The notes beneath the pieces were generated by a model. It was not told the origin of the DNA, searched no databases, and worked only from the letters and a program-made list of their open reading frames with translations. DNA of 64,000 nucleotides from NCBI GenBank assembly GCA_046329685.1, contig JAXLUF010000008.1, positions 7,108-71,107 on the forward strand. The letters run 5' to 3'. Shown piece after piece: positions 40,108-51,246 of this stretch. The first letter of the stretch is position 1. Each line of letters opens with the position of its first letter. A program made the translations under genes and the position numbers. This stretch comes from Ferruginibacter sp. (lineage in GTDB: Bacteria > Bacteroidota > Bacteroidia > Chitinophagales > Chitinophagaceae).

Positions 40108-41204
40108 GATAACAGTTTTTGGATATTGACAGCAGTATCAACGCTTTGGCAGGGTATTTTATTTAAAATCGACGAAATATTTTCGCGGTTGAACAGGGCT
40201 TTGCCGTACCATTTATCATAGTATCGCAGCAGGATACGGAAAGCTTCGGTATAATTATCTTCCACCAGCAAGCCGACGGCATTTTTGGTATCGAGGCCGC
40301 CGAGGCGTTTCTGAATGCGGATAACGGCATTTACCAGTTTTTCCTTCGGCAGGTTTTTATATTCGGCCGTTATATACTGCAGGCGTTCTTCAAAGGGAAT
40401 GTCGAGGAAGCATACGGGGCTTTGGCGCATGGTGCCCCAGAGGGGCATGGGTATCTGCAGGTTGCCAATGCGCTGCGACTCGTCTTCGAGCCAGATGGGG
40501 GCTCCTTCCAAACCCTCTGTGCCGGGTGCGGTTTTCGAAGCGGCCGCTTGTTCAAAAAGTGCTTCTGCCAGCATATTTTCAAACATCTCCTGCCGGGGCT
40601 GCGGGCCAAGGCCGCCAAAGGCAGAACCCTTGTGGTTGGCTAATGCCTCCAGGTCGATCACCGGCCTGTTGATTTTTTTCAACTCATCGATAAGAAGCGT
40701 TTTGCCGCTGCCAGTATAACCACCGAGAATCGTAAAACGGTATTCTTTTTCAAACTGATCCAGTACCCATTTCCGGTAAGCTTTGTAACCACCAACGAGC
40801 GTATATACCCTGAATCCATACAGATCCAGCAGCCAGGCTACGGCAGCGCTGCGCATGCCCCCGCGCCAGCAATGCACCAGCAGTGAGTGCCCGGCCTTCT
40901 CTCCTGCGCCTGCAGTCATTTGATCACGGTTACCGGCTGCCGACTTAATAATCTCTTCCGCCTGTTCCACCATCGGCCTCATTTTGGGACCGAAATAATC
41001 CAGCCCGGTTTTAATGGCCGTCTCCCGGCTTTTTTGTTTATAGTTGGTGCCCACCTGTTTTCTTTCTTCATCACTGAAAAGCGGGAAACTGATGGCGCCG
41101 GGAATATGCGCCTGCTGGTATTCGGCCGGACTGCGAACATCCAGTACGGGAATTTGTCTGGCCAGTGCCAAAAATTCGGATATGGCTAGTTTTTGAATGG
41201 CCAA
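40080..41204 (-). CDS. selU: tRNA 2-selenouridine synthase (SelU/MnmH)
   Basis: Rhodanese DVRSPAEY, CWRGGMRS; P-loop GYTGSGKT; ANHKGSAFG; EDES. Confidence 0.95.
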   Translation of the reverse strand: MAIQKLAISEFLALARQIPVLDVRSPAEYQQAHIPGAISFPLFSDEERKQVGTNYKQKSRETAIKTGLDYFGPKMRPMVEQAEEIIKSAAGNRDQMTAGAGEKAGHSLLVHCWRGGMRSAAVAWLLDLYGFRVYTLVGGYKAYRKWVLDQFEKEYRFTILGGYTGSGKTLLIDELKKINRPVIDLEALANHKGSAFGGLGPQPRQEMFENMLAEALFEQAAASKTAPGTEGLEGAPIWLEDESQRIGNLQIPMPLWGTMRQSPVCFLDIPFEERLQYITAEYKNLPKEKLVNAVIRIQKRLGGLDTKNAVGLLVEDNYTEAFRILLRYYDKWYGKALFNRENISSILNKIPCQSVDTAVNIQKLLSCVSVSASL

Positions 41205-41205
41205 G

Positions 41206-41697
41206 CTATTCTTCTTTTTTAATCTTTTCGTTATCTGAAAGGTTGAGCAGGTATCCTTTCCGGGTTTTTACCAAACCGGGCAGATCTGTGGTTTTCCCTT
41301 TAATCGTTACGGTTACGCCGCAATGCACGGCATCCTCCTCCGAATCCCAGGTATCGTAAACTTCGTAATCAATGCCATTGTTGGTAAAGGTCAGGAAAGC
41401 ATAGCTCATGGCTGCATTGGCCTTTCCGCCGCCGCGGTTATAGCCCCTGAAACTGAACAGTTGCCAGGAACTTTCGCCGGGGTTTTTCGGGTACTCCAGC
41501 TCCAGTTTCGCCGGCAGGCCAAAACGGTATACGATGTATTGGCCGTCTTTTTCCATCGCAACGGTTACCCGCTTCTTGTTTTTTAACAGGAAGGTAAAAA
41601 CCAGTTCTTCATCCGGCTTCAGCAGCTGGGGGTTTAGCTGTGCCAGTACCGGCAGGAAAATGCCAATGGCCAGCAGCAGCAGAAAAACCTTTTTCAT
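41206..41697 (-). CDS. Hypothetical secreted protein
   Basis: Signal peptide; YRFG..LELEYP, RGGGKANA; ends 1 nt before selU. Confidence 0.7.
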   Translation of the reverse strand: MKKVFLLLLAIGIFLPVLAQLNPQLLKPDEELVFTFLLKNKKRVTVAMEKDGQYIVYRFGLPAKLELEYPKNPGESSWQLFSFRGYNRGGGKANAAMSYAFLTFTNNGIDYEVYDTWDSEEDAVHCGVTVTIKGKTTDLPGLVKTRKGYLLNLSDNEKIKKEE

Positions 41698-41791
41698 ACC
41701 CTGATATTTGTTATCAAAGCTAAGCAGATTTACAGGATGTTGAAAATTATCCGTTGCCTTCCGGATTATCCGTCAGCCGGTATAATAAAAT

Positions 41792-41818
41792 AAAAAGCCG
41801 GTGAGTACTCACCGGCTT
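41792..41818 (-). terminator. Intrinsic terminator after rho
   Basis: Palindrome AAGCCGGTGAG-TA-CTCACCGGCTT with an A-run on the left. Confidence 0.8.
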
Positions 41819-41837
41819 ACCTGTTTGGTATAATGTA

Positions 41838-43451
41838 TTATCCGTTCATGGAAGTAAGGAACTCGGCATTGTCTTTTGTTCCTTTCATGTTCTTCAGCAG
41901 GAGGTTGATAGCTTCCTCGCTGTTCATGTCGGCGATATGCTTGCGCAGCACCCACATGCGCTGGAAGATATCCTTATCCAGCAACAGATCGTCGCGGCGG
42001 GTGGAAGAAGCCACGATATCAATGGCCGGGTAAATGCGGCGGTTCGACAGTTTGCGATCGAGCTGCAGTTCCATATTACCGGTTCCCTTGAATTCTTCAA
42101 AGATCACTTCATCCATTTTACTGCCGGTATCCACCAGGGCGGTAGCAAGGATGGTGAGGGAGCCTCCGTTTTCAATTTTACGGGCGGCACCAAAGAACTG
42201 TTTGGGTTTTTGCATGGCATTGGCTTCCACACCACCGCTTAATACCTTACCGCTCGAAGGCGCTACGGTATTATGGGCGCGGGCCAGCCGGGTGATGGAA
42301 TCGAGCAGGATTACCACATCGTGTCCGCATTCCACCAGGCGCTTGGCCTTTTGCAGGGCTATGCTTGAAACCTTTACGTGTTTTTCGGCGGGCTCATCAA
42401 AGGTGGAGGCGATTACTTCGGCCTTTACGCTGCGCTCCATATCGGTAACCTCTTCCGGGCGTTCATCCACCAGCACTACCATCAGGTAGCATTCGGGGTG
42501 GTTTTCGGCGATGGCATTGGCCACTTCTTTCAGCAGCATGGTTTTACCGGTTTTGGGCTGGGCCACAATCAACCCGCGCTGGCCTTTACCAATCGGGGTA
42601 AACAGATCCATGATACGGGTGCTGTAATTATCCGATTTGGTGCAGAGATTTAATTTCTCGTAAGGGAATAACGGGGTCAGGTAATCGAAAGGAACGCGGT
42701 CGCGGACCTCTTCGGGTGATTTACCGTTGATGGTTTCCACTTTCAGCAGGGCAAAATACTTTTCGCCTTCTTTGGGAGGGCGTACGCTGCCATAAACCGT
42801 ATCGCCGGTTTTCAAACCAAATAATTTGATTTGCGAGGGGGATACATAAATATCATCGGGAGAAGAGAGGTAGTTATAATCGCTGCTGCGCAGGAAGCCG
42901 TAGCCATCGGGCATCATTTCCAGCACACCTTCGCCCAGGATCACACCGTCAAATTCGATATTAAAGGCAGGCTGCTGATCGCGGCGCTGCGGGTATTGTT
43001 TGGGTTGCAGCTGGGCTTCGTCCAGTATCAGCTCGGGTTGCTGAATGTCTTCTTCCTGCAGCATCTGGGCAATGGCCGGGGGCACCGTGCTTTCTCTTTC
43101 AGAAAGAGCCTGGATATCGTCGGATTCTTCGGCTGCCGGTTTCTTGTGCAGGGGTTTCTTTTCGTGATCCGTTTTTTTGTGCCGTACCGGGGCCGCTTCT
43201 TTTTTGGAAGGAGCTTCCTGTACCACTTCCGCTTCTTCCGTGGTATTGGCAGTGCTGGCTTTTACAATGCGTTTGCGTTTGGGTTTTGCTTCTTCGGTTT
43301 TAGCGCCGGCATTCATGATGGATTGCTTGTCCAGGATTTTGTAGATGAGATCCTGTTTGTTGAGTTTCTTGGCATTAGGGATTTGCAACTGTTCAGCAAT
43401 ATCCAGCAGCTCAGGAACGAGCAGGTCGTTCAGTTGTAAGATGTCGTACAT
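41838..43451 (-). CDS. rho: Transcription termination factor Rho
   Basis: [49 protein letters not shown]. Confidence 0.98.
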   Translation of the reverse strand: MYDILQLNDLLVPELLDIAEQLQIPNAKKLNKQDLIYKILDKQSIMNAGAKTEEAKPKRKRIVKASTANTTEEAEVVQEAPSKKEAAPVRHKKTDHEKKPLHKKPAAEESDDIQALSERESTVPPAIAQMLQEEDIQQPELILDEAQLQPKQYPQRRDQQPAFNIEFDGVILGEGVLEMMPDGYGFLRSSDYNYLSSPDDIYVSPSQIKLFGLKTGDTVYGSVRPPKEGEKYFALLKVETINGKSPEEVRDRVPFDYLTPLFPYEKLNLCTKSDNYSTRIMDLFTPIGKGQRGLIVAQPKTGKTMLLKEVANAIAENHPECYLMVVLVDERPEEVTDMERSVKAEVIASTFDEPAEKHVKVSSIALQKAKRLVECGHDVVILLDSITRLARAHNTVAPSSGKVLSGGVEANAMQKPKQFFGAARKIENGGSLTILATALVDTGSKMDEVIFEEFKGTGNMELQLDRKLSNRRIYPAIDIVASSTRRDDLLLDKDIFQRMWVLRKHIADMNSEEAINLLLKNMKGTKDNAEFLTSMNG

Positions 43452-43796
43452 AAATAACAGAGAATGATTTCTTCAAAAAATCGTAGATAAAAAATCTTGA
43501 AAAATGGTAAAAAATGAGAATTTATATTGATAGGAAAAGCCCGTTGATAAAGAGAATGATTGGATAAACTTATCAGCAATTCCTTCGGCAAAATTAGGCT
43601 TTTTTTGAGAAAATGCAATTTTTTTTAGCAGTTGAGCGCTATTCATTTGTTAATGCAGGGGTCAGGATTTTCAGCCATCCCGCCGCTTACCGCGACTTCT
43701 ATTTTCCTGAAAATCACGGCCCTGCAAAGCCTTTAAGCCTTTAGTAGCCGGGCCTTTGCGGGGCTTGTCGTATATTTGCCGGCACAACAATGAAAT

Positions 43797-45242
43797 ATGT
43801 TTAATACAAGAACCCGTATCAAGGAATTATTAGCCGGAGATAAAACCAACTACCCGGCAACGGTGATGGGTTGGGTGCGCTCGTTCCGCAACAACCAGTT
43901 CATTGCAGTAAATGACGGAAGCACGAATACCAACCTGCAGGTAGTGGTGGAGCTGGGTGTACTGGATGAGGAAACCCTGAAACGCATCACCACCGGCGCC
44001 AGTATCAAGGCCACAGGGGAGATTATCCCTTCCATGGGCAAAGGACAAAAAGTGGAATTGAAAGCCGCCACGGTTGAAATCCTGGGCGATTGTGATGCCG
44101 AAAAATTCCCGCTGCAGCTGAAAAACCGGCCCAGCCTCGAATACCTGCGTGAGATTGCGCACCTGCGTTTCCGTACCAACACATTTGGCGCTGTATTCCG
44201 CGTTCGCCATGCCCTGGCCTATGCGATCCATAAATTTTTTAATGACAAGGGCTTTGTTTATTTACATACACCGATCATTACAGCCAGTGATGCCGAAGGA
44301 GCCGGTGAGATGTTCCGGGTAACCACCCTGCCGGTGGATGGAACGGCTCCGCGGAATGAAGACGGTACTGTTAACTTCAGGGAAGATTTCTTTGGCCGCA
44401 GCACCAACCTTACGGTAAGCGGACAGCTTGAGGGTGAACTGGCCGCAATGGCCTTCAGTGATATCTACACTTTCGGTCCCACTTTCCGTGCCGAAAACAG
44501 TAATACCACCCGTCACCTGGCTGAGTTCTGGATGATTGAACCGGAGATGGCTTTTTACGATCTGGAAGATAATATGAACCTGGCCGAAGAATTCATCAAA
44601 TATGTGATCCGCCATGCTATGGAGCACAATGCCGAAGACCTGGAATTCCTGGCCAAACGCCTGGAAGAGGAAGAAAAGCAAAAACCCCAGCAGGAGCGCA
44701 GCGAGATGGGACTGATCGAGAAACTCAGCTTTGTGGTGAACAACAGTTTTGAGCGGCTAACCTATACCGAGGCTATCGAAATCCTGAAGGAGAGCAATCA
44801 CAACAAGAAGAAAAAATTCCAGTACCCGATCGAAGGGTGGGGCATCGATCTGCAAAGTGAACACGAACGTTACCTGGTGGAGAAGCATTTTAAAAAACCC
44901 GTGATCTTAACCAACTATCCCAAAGACATCAAGGCGTTTTACATGCGCCAGAATGATGATGGCAAAACCGTGGCGGCTATGGATATCCTGGCGCCGGGTA
45001 TTGGCGAGATCGTGGGCGGCAGTCAGCGGGAAGAAAGGCTGGATAAACTTACCGAACGTATGGAACAGATGCATATACCCGTGGAGGAAATGTGGTGGTA
45101 TATGGATACCCGGAAGTTTGGCGCTTGTCCGCATGCGGGGTTTGGACTGGGCTTTGAGCGGCTGGTACAATTTGTTACGGGCATGGGTAATATCCGCGAT
45201 GTGATACCCTTTCCGCGTTTTCCGAAAGGAGCGGAGTTTTAA
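43797..45242 (+). CDS. asnS: Asparagine--tRNA ligase
   Basis: [49 protein letters not shown]. Promoter motif TATATTTG at 43771. Confidence 0.98.
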   Translation: MFNTRTRIKELLAGDKTNYPATVMGWVRSFRNNQFIAVNDGSTNTNLQVVVELGVLDEETLKRITTGASIKATGEIIPSMGKGQKVELKAATVEILGDCDAEKFPLQLKNRPSLEYLREIAHLRFRTNTFGAVFRVRHALAYAIHKFFNDKGFVYLHTPIITASDAEGAGEMFRVTTLPVDGTAPRNEDGTVNFREDFFGRSTNLTVSGQLEGELAAMAFSDIYTFGPTFRAENSNTTRHLAEFWMIEPEMAFYDLEDNMNLAEEFIKYVIRHAMEHNAEDLEFLAKRLEEEEKQKPQQERSEMGLIEKLSFVVNNSFERLTYTEAIEILKESNHNKKKKFQYPIEGWGIDLQSEHERYLVEKHFKKPVILTNYPKDIKAFYMRQNDDGKTVAAMDILAPGIGEIVGGSQREERLDKLTERMEQMHIPVEEMWWYMDTRKFGACPHAGFGLGFERLVQFVTGMGNIRDVIPFPRFPKGAEF

Positions 45243-45268
45243 TTTGAAAATTTGCCAATTTGAAAATG
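45241..45268. repeat. Short direct repeat AATTTGAAAAT x2
   Basis: aatttgaaaat-ttgcc-aatttgaaaatg immediately after the asnS stop. Confidence 0.5.
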
Positions 45269-45483
45269 TGAAAGCGTATGCGTTAATCTGATCATGCAAC
45301 TGTTTATAAAAAATAGTGGAACCGGGGCAAAGGCTTCGGTTCTTTTTTTACCCCGACAGTGGTCTTCAACCCTGCCGTTGGCCGGAGCGGGAAAGAACAA
45401 CAGTTCAGATGAACAAGGAAGTATGAATATTGAAAAAAATCCGGCATTGTAATTTGAGAAAATTGTCTTTCCTGCTTCCCGCC

Positions 45484-45510
45484 AAAAAAAAGCGGAGGCA
45501 TCGCCTCCGC
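45484..45510 (-). terminator. Intrinsic terminator of the vWA gene
   Basis: GCGGAGGC-atc-GCCTCCGC preceded by A8. Confidence 0.8.
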
Positions 45511-45538
45511 CTGCAAAAATCAACTGGCACCACTACAA

Positions 45539-46723
45539 TCAGTTTATTTTCATATTGTAACGCTTTGCCTGTTCACGTATAATCTTTTCCACTTCCGTTT
45601 CCAGGGTGGCATCGGCATTGCGGACCGCATTCTTTTTTTTCTGCTCAGCGATATAAGCCTCCCGCTGTGTGTTCACAGCTTCAATTTCTTTCTGGATATT
45701 GCCCCGCTCCTGTTGTTTGGCAGCCACCACTTTTGTGATTTCTTCACTGCTCTTATTCCGGAGGCTGTCGGGCAGGGTATTTTTATCCAGGTTTTTAAAA
45801 AATGATTTTGCTTCTTCCGGACTGGCATTGGCAGCCCTGTCAACCAGGTCCCAGCTGTCATTGCGATAAAGGGCGCCCTGGCTCTTTACAGCCACTCTTT
45901 TTACGGCAGCGGTTTTATTCGCCGCATAATTTTTCTGGTCCATCTCGGCCTGCAGGGCTTTTTTACCGGCGCCGGCATAACCATAAGCGATATACGTATT
46001 ATTCAGCTTATCGTTGAGAGTGTATAAGATGCTGTCGTACGGAGTGGGAATCTCTTCAATCTTTGCATCCGAATTGATATTGGTGAAACTGCCGGTACCG
46101 CATTCAGCATTGAGGTTCCAGTGCTCCCGGATACCATCCGCCTTGCTGCCGCAATAAATTGTATTCACCACCACCCCTTTGTTTTTGGCTTCGGCACAGG
46201 CTTTTGTATAAGGCAGTTTGCCCTGTAAAAAATCTTCATTCCCGGCGATAAAAATCACTTTATAATTATTGGGGCCGGTATCCCATTTCAGGTCCTGTAA
46301 GGAGGTATAAATTACCTGCCCGCAATACTCATCCCCGCCATTGGTACTGAGGCCGAAGAGATCATTGGATAATTTATCAAGATCGGTGGTAAAGGGGCTG
46401 ATCTGTTTAACATAGCCGGTTGCCATATCATTGGTGCTGCGGCCGTATTCATACAGGGCAATCTCTACCCGGGGCGCTACATCATTATCGCATTTGGCCT
46501 TGCCCATAACGGATACCATGTTCCAGAGCTGGGCCTTGGCCTGTTCAATGAGTCCGTCCATGCTGTTGCTCACATCCAGCAGGATGGCGGCCTGAATTTT
46601 ACGGGTTTCGGTTGCCTTTGCCGGTTTTTCAGGCGCAGGATGGGGCCGGCTGATAAAAGACATAAAACCGAAAGCGGCCGCCAGTACTAAAAAAGCTACG
46701 AAGGGTTTGCATACAGGTTTCAT
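45539..46723 (-). CDS. Secreted/anchored von Willebrand factor A domain protein
   Basis: MIDAS motif LLDVSNSMDG; TNGGDEYCG; IFIAGNE; C-terminal coiled coil. Confidence 0.85.
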   Translation of the reverse strand: MKPVCKPFVAFLVLAAAFGFMSFISRPHPAPEKPAKATETRKIQAAILLDVSNSMDGLIEQAKAQLWNMVSVMGKAKCDNDVAPRVEIALYEYGRSTNDMATGYVKQISPFTTDLDKLSNDLFGLSTNGGDEYCGQVIYTSLQDLKWDTGPNNYKVIFIAGNEDFLQGKLPYTKACAEAKNKGVVVNTIYCGSKADGIREHWNLNAECGTGSFTNINSDAKIEEIPTPYDSILYTLNDKLNNTYIAYGYAGAGKKALQAEMDQKNYAANKTAAVKRVAVKSQGALYRNDSWDLVDRAANASPEEAKSFFKNLDKNTLPDSLRNKSSEEITKVVAAKQQERGNIQKEIEAVNTQREAYIAEQKKKNAVRNADATLETEVEKIIREQAKRYNMKIN

Positions 46724-46925
46724 AATTCAATAGTTTCCATTATGGATGCAGGCATCTGAATTTTTGCACAGGGGCACAGGCCGGAGGCCGTTGCTTTTAC
46801 GATATTTTAACAAAAGCGCTTTGTTGCCTGCCGCCGCCAGACTTCACAGTGCAACGCAGGTTTGGGCGCTCAGCGGTAAACCCTTAAAAGTGCTACCTTT
46901 ACTGCCTCAATAACCGCTCTCTTTT

Positions 46926-48920
46926 ATGCAATTCTACCGGCGCGACCTCCGCAACGAAGACCTGGTCCGATTTTACAGAAAGCTACTGTTACCGAGGATG
47001 ATTGAAGAAAAAATGCTGGTGCTGCTGCGCCAGGGTAAGATATCCAAATGGTTCAGCGGTATCGGGCAGGAAGCCATTGCCACCGGCGTCACCCTGGCAC
47101 TGGAGCCGGATGAGTGGATCATGCCGCTGCACCGCAACCTGGGTGTTTTTACAGGAAGAGAAATGCCGCTCAGCAAACTGTTTATGCAGTGGCAGGGTAA
47201 TAAAGAAGGTTACAGCAAGGGCCGGGAGCGCAGTTTTCATTTCGGGTCGCGGGCACATCATATCTGCGGTATGATCTCGCACCTGGGCCCCCAGCTGGCC
47301 ATCGCCGATGGCGTTGCCCTGGCATATAAGCTCAGAAACGATAAAAAAATATCGGTGGCGTTTACCGGCGACGGCGGCACCAGTGAAGGCGACTTTCATG
47401 AAGCGCTCAATACCGCTGCCGTATGGGAACTGCCTGTCATCTTTATTATTGAAAACAATGGCTATGGCCTGAGCACTCCGGTTAATGAACAATACCGCTG
47501 CGAAAGCCTGGTTGATAAGGCAAAAGGATATGGCATGGAAGGTGTCCGGATCGATGGCAATAATATCCTCGAAGTATATGATACGATAAAAGGCGTACGT
47601 GAATACTGTATACAGAATCAGAAACCCTACCTGGTGGAATGCATGACCTTCCGTATGCGGGGCCACGAAGAAGCCAGCGGCACGAAATATGTTCCACCGG
47701 CACTTTTTGAAGAATGGGCGAAAAAAGATCCTGTAAAAAATTTTGAGCAATGGCTGGTAGAACAGCATGTTCTTACCGGGCTGAATATTGCCGAAATCAA
47801 AAACGAGATCCGCGACTATATCGAATCCGAACTGAAGACAGCCTATGAGGCCAAAACACTGCTACCGGATACCGGGGAAGAGCTGGCAGATATTTATGCC
47901 CCCCGGAATCTGAACGAACAAAGCAGCAGCTTGCCTGCAGCAGGTTTAGAGGCGGGCCCCGAAAAGCGGTTTGTTGACGGGATTAAGGAAGGCCTCTATC
48001 AGTCCATGCAAAAGCATCCCAATCTTATTTTGATGGGACAGGATATCGCCGAATATGGCGGCGCCTTTAAAATCACCGAAGGATTTGTAAATGAATTTGG
48101 CAAAACCCGTGTGCGTAACACACCGCTTTGCGAAAGCGCCATCGTGGGCACAGCCATGGGGCTGAGCCTGGAAGGATACAAGAGCATGATGGAAATGCAG
48201 TTTGCTGATTTTGTAACCGTGGGCTTCAACCAGATCGTGAATAATCTTGCCAAGATTCATTATCGCTGGGGACAAAATGCCGATGTGGTAATCCGTATGC
48301 CAACAGGCGGCGGCGTTGGGGCGGGTCCCTTCCACAGCCAGAGCAATGAGGCCTGGTTTGCCCATACGCCCGGATTAAAAGTTGTTTATCCCTCCACCCC
48401 TGCAGATGCCAAGGGCTTGCTCATTGCCGCCATCAACGATCCCAACCCGGTGATGTTTTTTGAGCACAAGGCCCTGTACCGGAGTATCAGCGGACCGGTT
48501 CCTGAAGAATATTATGAAGTGGAAATCGGCAAGGCCCGGGTGGTACAGGAAGGAGATGATATCACCGTGATCACCTACGGAACCGGTGTGCACTGGGCAC
48601 TGGATTATGCCCGGAATCACCCGGATCTTTCTATGTATATCCTCGACCTGCGGTCTTTACTGCCGCTGGATTATGAGGCCATCCGGACAGCGGTTGCCGC
48701 TACGGGTAAGGTTTTGCTACTCCACGAAGACACGCTTACCGGTGGTATGGGCGCCGAAATCGGTGCCTGGATTGCAGAACATTGTTTTGCCATGCTGGAT
48801 GCCCCGGTGATGCGCTGCGCTTCCCTGGATAGCCCCGTTCCCTTCAATACAGATCTCGAAAAGAATTTTATGGCATACAGCCGGCTTGATACAGTGGTGG
48901 AAAAACTGTTGGGGTTTTGA
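46926..48920 (+). CDS. 2-oxoacid (probably branched-chain) dehydrogenase E1, fused alpha/beta
   Basis: GDGGTSEGDFHE...NN TPP motif, RMRGHEEASG, EMQFADF, GPFHSQS. Confidence 0.92.
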   Translation: MQFYRRDLRNEDLVRFYRKLLLPRMIEEKMLVLLRQGKISKWFSGIGQEAIATGVTLALEPDEWIMPLHRNLGVFTGREMPLSKLFMQWQGNKEGYSKGRERSFHFGSRAHHICGMISHLGPQLAIADGVALAYKLRNDKKISVAFTGDGGTSEGDFHEALNTAAVWELPVIFIIENNGYGLSTPVNEQYRCESLVDKAKGYGMEGVRIDGNNILEVYDTIKGVREYCIQNQKPYLVECMTFRMRGHEEASGTKYVPPALFEEWAKKDPVKNFEQWLVEQHVLTGLNIAEIKNEIRDYIESELKTAYEAKTLLPDTGEELADIYAPRNLNEQSSSLPAAGLEAGPEKRFVDGIKEGLYQSMQKHPNLILMGQDIAEYGGAFKITEGFVNEFGKTRVRNTPLCESAIVGTAMGLSLEGYKSMMEMQFADFVTVGFNQIVNNLAKIHYRWGQNADVVIRMPTGGGVGAGPFHSQSNEAWFAHTPGLKVVYPSTPADAKGLLIAAINDPNPVMFFEHKALYRSISGPVPEEYYEVEIGKARVVQEGDDITVITYGTGVHWALDYARNHPDLSMYILDLRSLLPLDYEAIRTAVAATGKVLLLHEDTLTGGMGAEIGAWIAEHCFAMLDAPVMRCASLDSPVPFNTDLEKNFMAYSRLDTVVEKLLGF

Positions 48921-49041
48921 TAAACTTGCCCAGTGGCTGATTTCCTGGCAGCTTTATCATCAACTCACAACCGCTTAACATCAGCCCGGCTGATTATCTG
49001 CTAGTTTTGCGGCCTATGCGGTCAGTAAGTAATATGGATCG

Positions 49042-51207
49042 ATGAAATCTATTCCTTTCTTTTTCCTGATGTTTTTGGCCGGAACCCTGATGGCTCAAAA
49101 CAGGTTCAGTTGTGTGGTGGAGGATACCGCCACGCACGAAAAACTGCCGTCGGTTTCAGCCATCATTCCTTCTTTGAATAAGTCGGCTGTATCAGACAGC
49201 AATGGCCGCATCAATTTCAATAGCCTTCCGTCCGGTGCACTGCTCATCAATTTTTCTTTTGTGGGATATGAACAGATGAGTATAACCATCCGTATTCCGC
49301 AGGATAACGGGATCATCATTTCACTAAAAAGAAAAGAAGACCAGGAGGAGGCGATTATTGTAACGGCTTCGCGTACCAACAGCCGTATCGAGGATCTTCC
49401 TACCAAGGTGGAAGTGCTGGGAAGTGAAGAAGTGGGTGAGGAAAACGGGATCAAGCCCGGAAATATCGCCAGTTTATTAGGTGATGTGGCAGGGATACAG
49501 ATACAGCAGTCGAGCGCCATTACCGGCAATGCGGAGGCCCGGATACAGGGCCTGCCGGGGAAATACACGCAGCTGCTGCGGGATGGGATGCCCTTGTTTG
49601 GCGGCTACAGCGGCAGTTTCAGTATTTTACAGATTCCGCCGCAGGATCTGAAACAGATTGAAATCATCAAAGGATCCAACTCCACGCTTTATGGCGGCGG
49701 CGCCATTGCAGGGATGCTTAATCTTGTTTCAAAATCACCCCGGCAAGGTCATGCTGAAAAAAGTATTACCCTTAATCAGTCGTCGCTGAAAGAATCCAAC
49801 CTCAATATTTATTTCTCGGGCAGAAATAAGAAAGCGGGGTATACGCTTTTTTCGGGGGGTACTTACCAGCGGGCGGTGGATGTAAACAATGACGGCTTCA
49901 GCGATGTACCCGATCTGAAAACTGTTTTCTTTCATCCCCGTTTGTTTATTTATCCCGGCACCCGTTCAACAATAACGGCGGGCTATAACCTTACGTACGA
50001 GGATCGTAATGGCGGGGATATGCAGGTAATACATCATGAGGCGGATGCACAGCACCAGTTTTTTATTCAAAATAAATTGCTGAGAAACACCCTGGATGCC
50101 GGCTGGAATTATTCTGTTAATAAAACAGATAAACTCAGTGTAAAAGGCACGGTGAGTTTTTTCAGCCGCAATATCACTACCAGTGTTTTTGGTATGCGGG
50201 CAGGGCAAACATCCTGGTTTTCGGAAATCAATTATGTTAAGAAGCTGCCTGCGCATGCAATTGTGGCCGGACTGAATTTCACCGGCGAATATTTTCATAA
50301 AAAGCAGCCCGACTCCACCCTTTTTGCCAATTACAGACAAACTACAACCGGACTTTTTTTGCAGGATGACTGGACCCTCGGGAAAAAGTTTATTGCCGAA
50401 GCCGGCCTGCGGCTGGATCACCATAGCAGCTACGGAAATTTTGTATTGCCGCGGATATCGCTGCTTTACCGGATCAGTCCGGCCTTTACCACCCGGCTTG
50501 GCGGCGGTCTGGGATACCGCAGCCCCGGCTACTTCGAAACCGATCTGGATGAACGCAGTCTGCCCCGTGTGGTGCCGGATGAAAACCTGCATGCCGAACA
50601 ATCAGCCGGGCTCAACTGGGATATCAATTTCAAAAAAATGATCAATGGCTGGCACCTCACCGTCAACCAGCTGTTTTATATAACGGATATCCGCAGGCCC
50701 GTGATCGACAGTACAGACGGGGCTGGCAAAATCCGGTTTTACAATGCAGGGAAACCCCTCAATACGAAAGGTTTTGAAACCTATGTTGCTGCCACGCAGG
50801 GGGCACTGGAACTATACCTCGGGTATACGTACACGCTTGCCCGGCAATTGTATGACCCGGCGCAGCCCAATGTGAGCCTGAGTGCCCGCAACAAACTGGC
50901 CATGGTGCTGGCCTATGAATTCGCGCCTCATTTCCGGGCCGGTGTAGAGGCGGCCTATACCGGCAAACAATACCTGGATAATGGCAGTACCACACCCGGC
51001 TATCTTTTTGGGGCGGCCATGGTCCGGTATGATATCAGCAGGGTTTCCCTGGTATTGAATTGCGAGAACCTTTTTGATTACCGGCAAACACGGAAAGAAT
51101 CAATCGTGTCGGGTCTTCCGCAGAATCCTTCCTTTAAGCAGCTTTGGGCACCCATTGACGGACGGGTGATTAATTTATCAGCTAAAATAGATCTGTCGGC
51201 ATTCTAA
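49042..51207 (+). CDS. TonB-dependent receptor
   Basis: Carboxypeptidase-regulatory-like N-terminal domain, IIVTASRT, plug RIQGL..YTQLLRDG, IEIIKG, beta-barrel, C-terminal F. Confidence 0.9.
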   Translation: MKSIPFFFLMFLAGTLMAQNRFSCVVEDTATHEKLPSVSAIIPSLNKSAVSDSNGRINFNSLPSGALLINFSFVGYEQMSITIRIPQDNGIIISLKRKEDQEEAIIVTASRTNSRIEDLPTKVEVLGSEEVGEENGIKPGNIASLLGDVAGIQIQQSSAITGNAEARIQGLPGKYTQLLRDGMPLFGGYSGSFSILQIPPQDLKQIEIIKGSNSTLYGGGAIAGMLNLVSKSPRQGHAEKSITLNQSSLKESNLNIYFSGRNKKAGYTLFSGGTYQRAVDVNNDGFSDVPDLKTVFFHPRLFIYPGTRSTITAGYNLTYEDRNGGDMQVIHHEADAQHQFFIQNKLLRNTLDAGWNYSVNKTDKLSVKGTVSFFSRNITTSVFGMRAGQTSWFSEINYVKKLPAHAIVAGLNFTGEYFHKKQPDSTLFANYRQTTTGLFLQDDWTLGKKFIAEAGLRLDHHSSYGNFVLPRISLLYRISPAFTTRLGGGLGYRSPGYFETDLDERSLPRVVPDENLHAEQSAGLNWDINFKKMINGWHLTVNQLFYITDIRRPVIDSTDGAGKIRFYNAGKPLNTKGFETYVAATQGALELYLGYTYTLARQLYDPAQPNVSLSARNKLAMVLAYEFAPHFRAGVEAAYTGKQYLDNGSTTPGYLFGAAMVRYDISRVSLVLNCENLFDYRQTRKESIVSGLPQNPSFKQLWAPIDGRVINLSAKIDLSAF

Positions 51208-51246
51208 AATCCTGACAGATCTATACGGAATGCCTACTTTTGCAGC

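Noticed and set aside
45270-45483. Possible sRNA or small ORF between asnS and the vWA terminator
   Set aside because: Only weak hairpins and unconvincing ORFs; not enough support to call.
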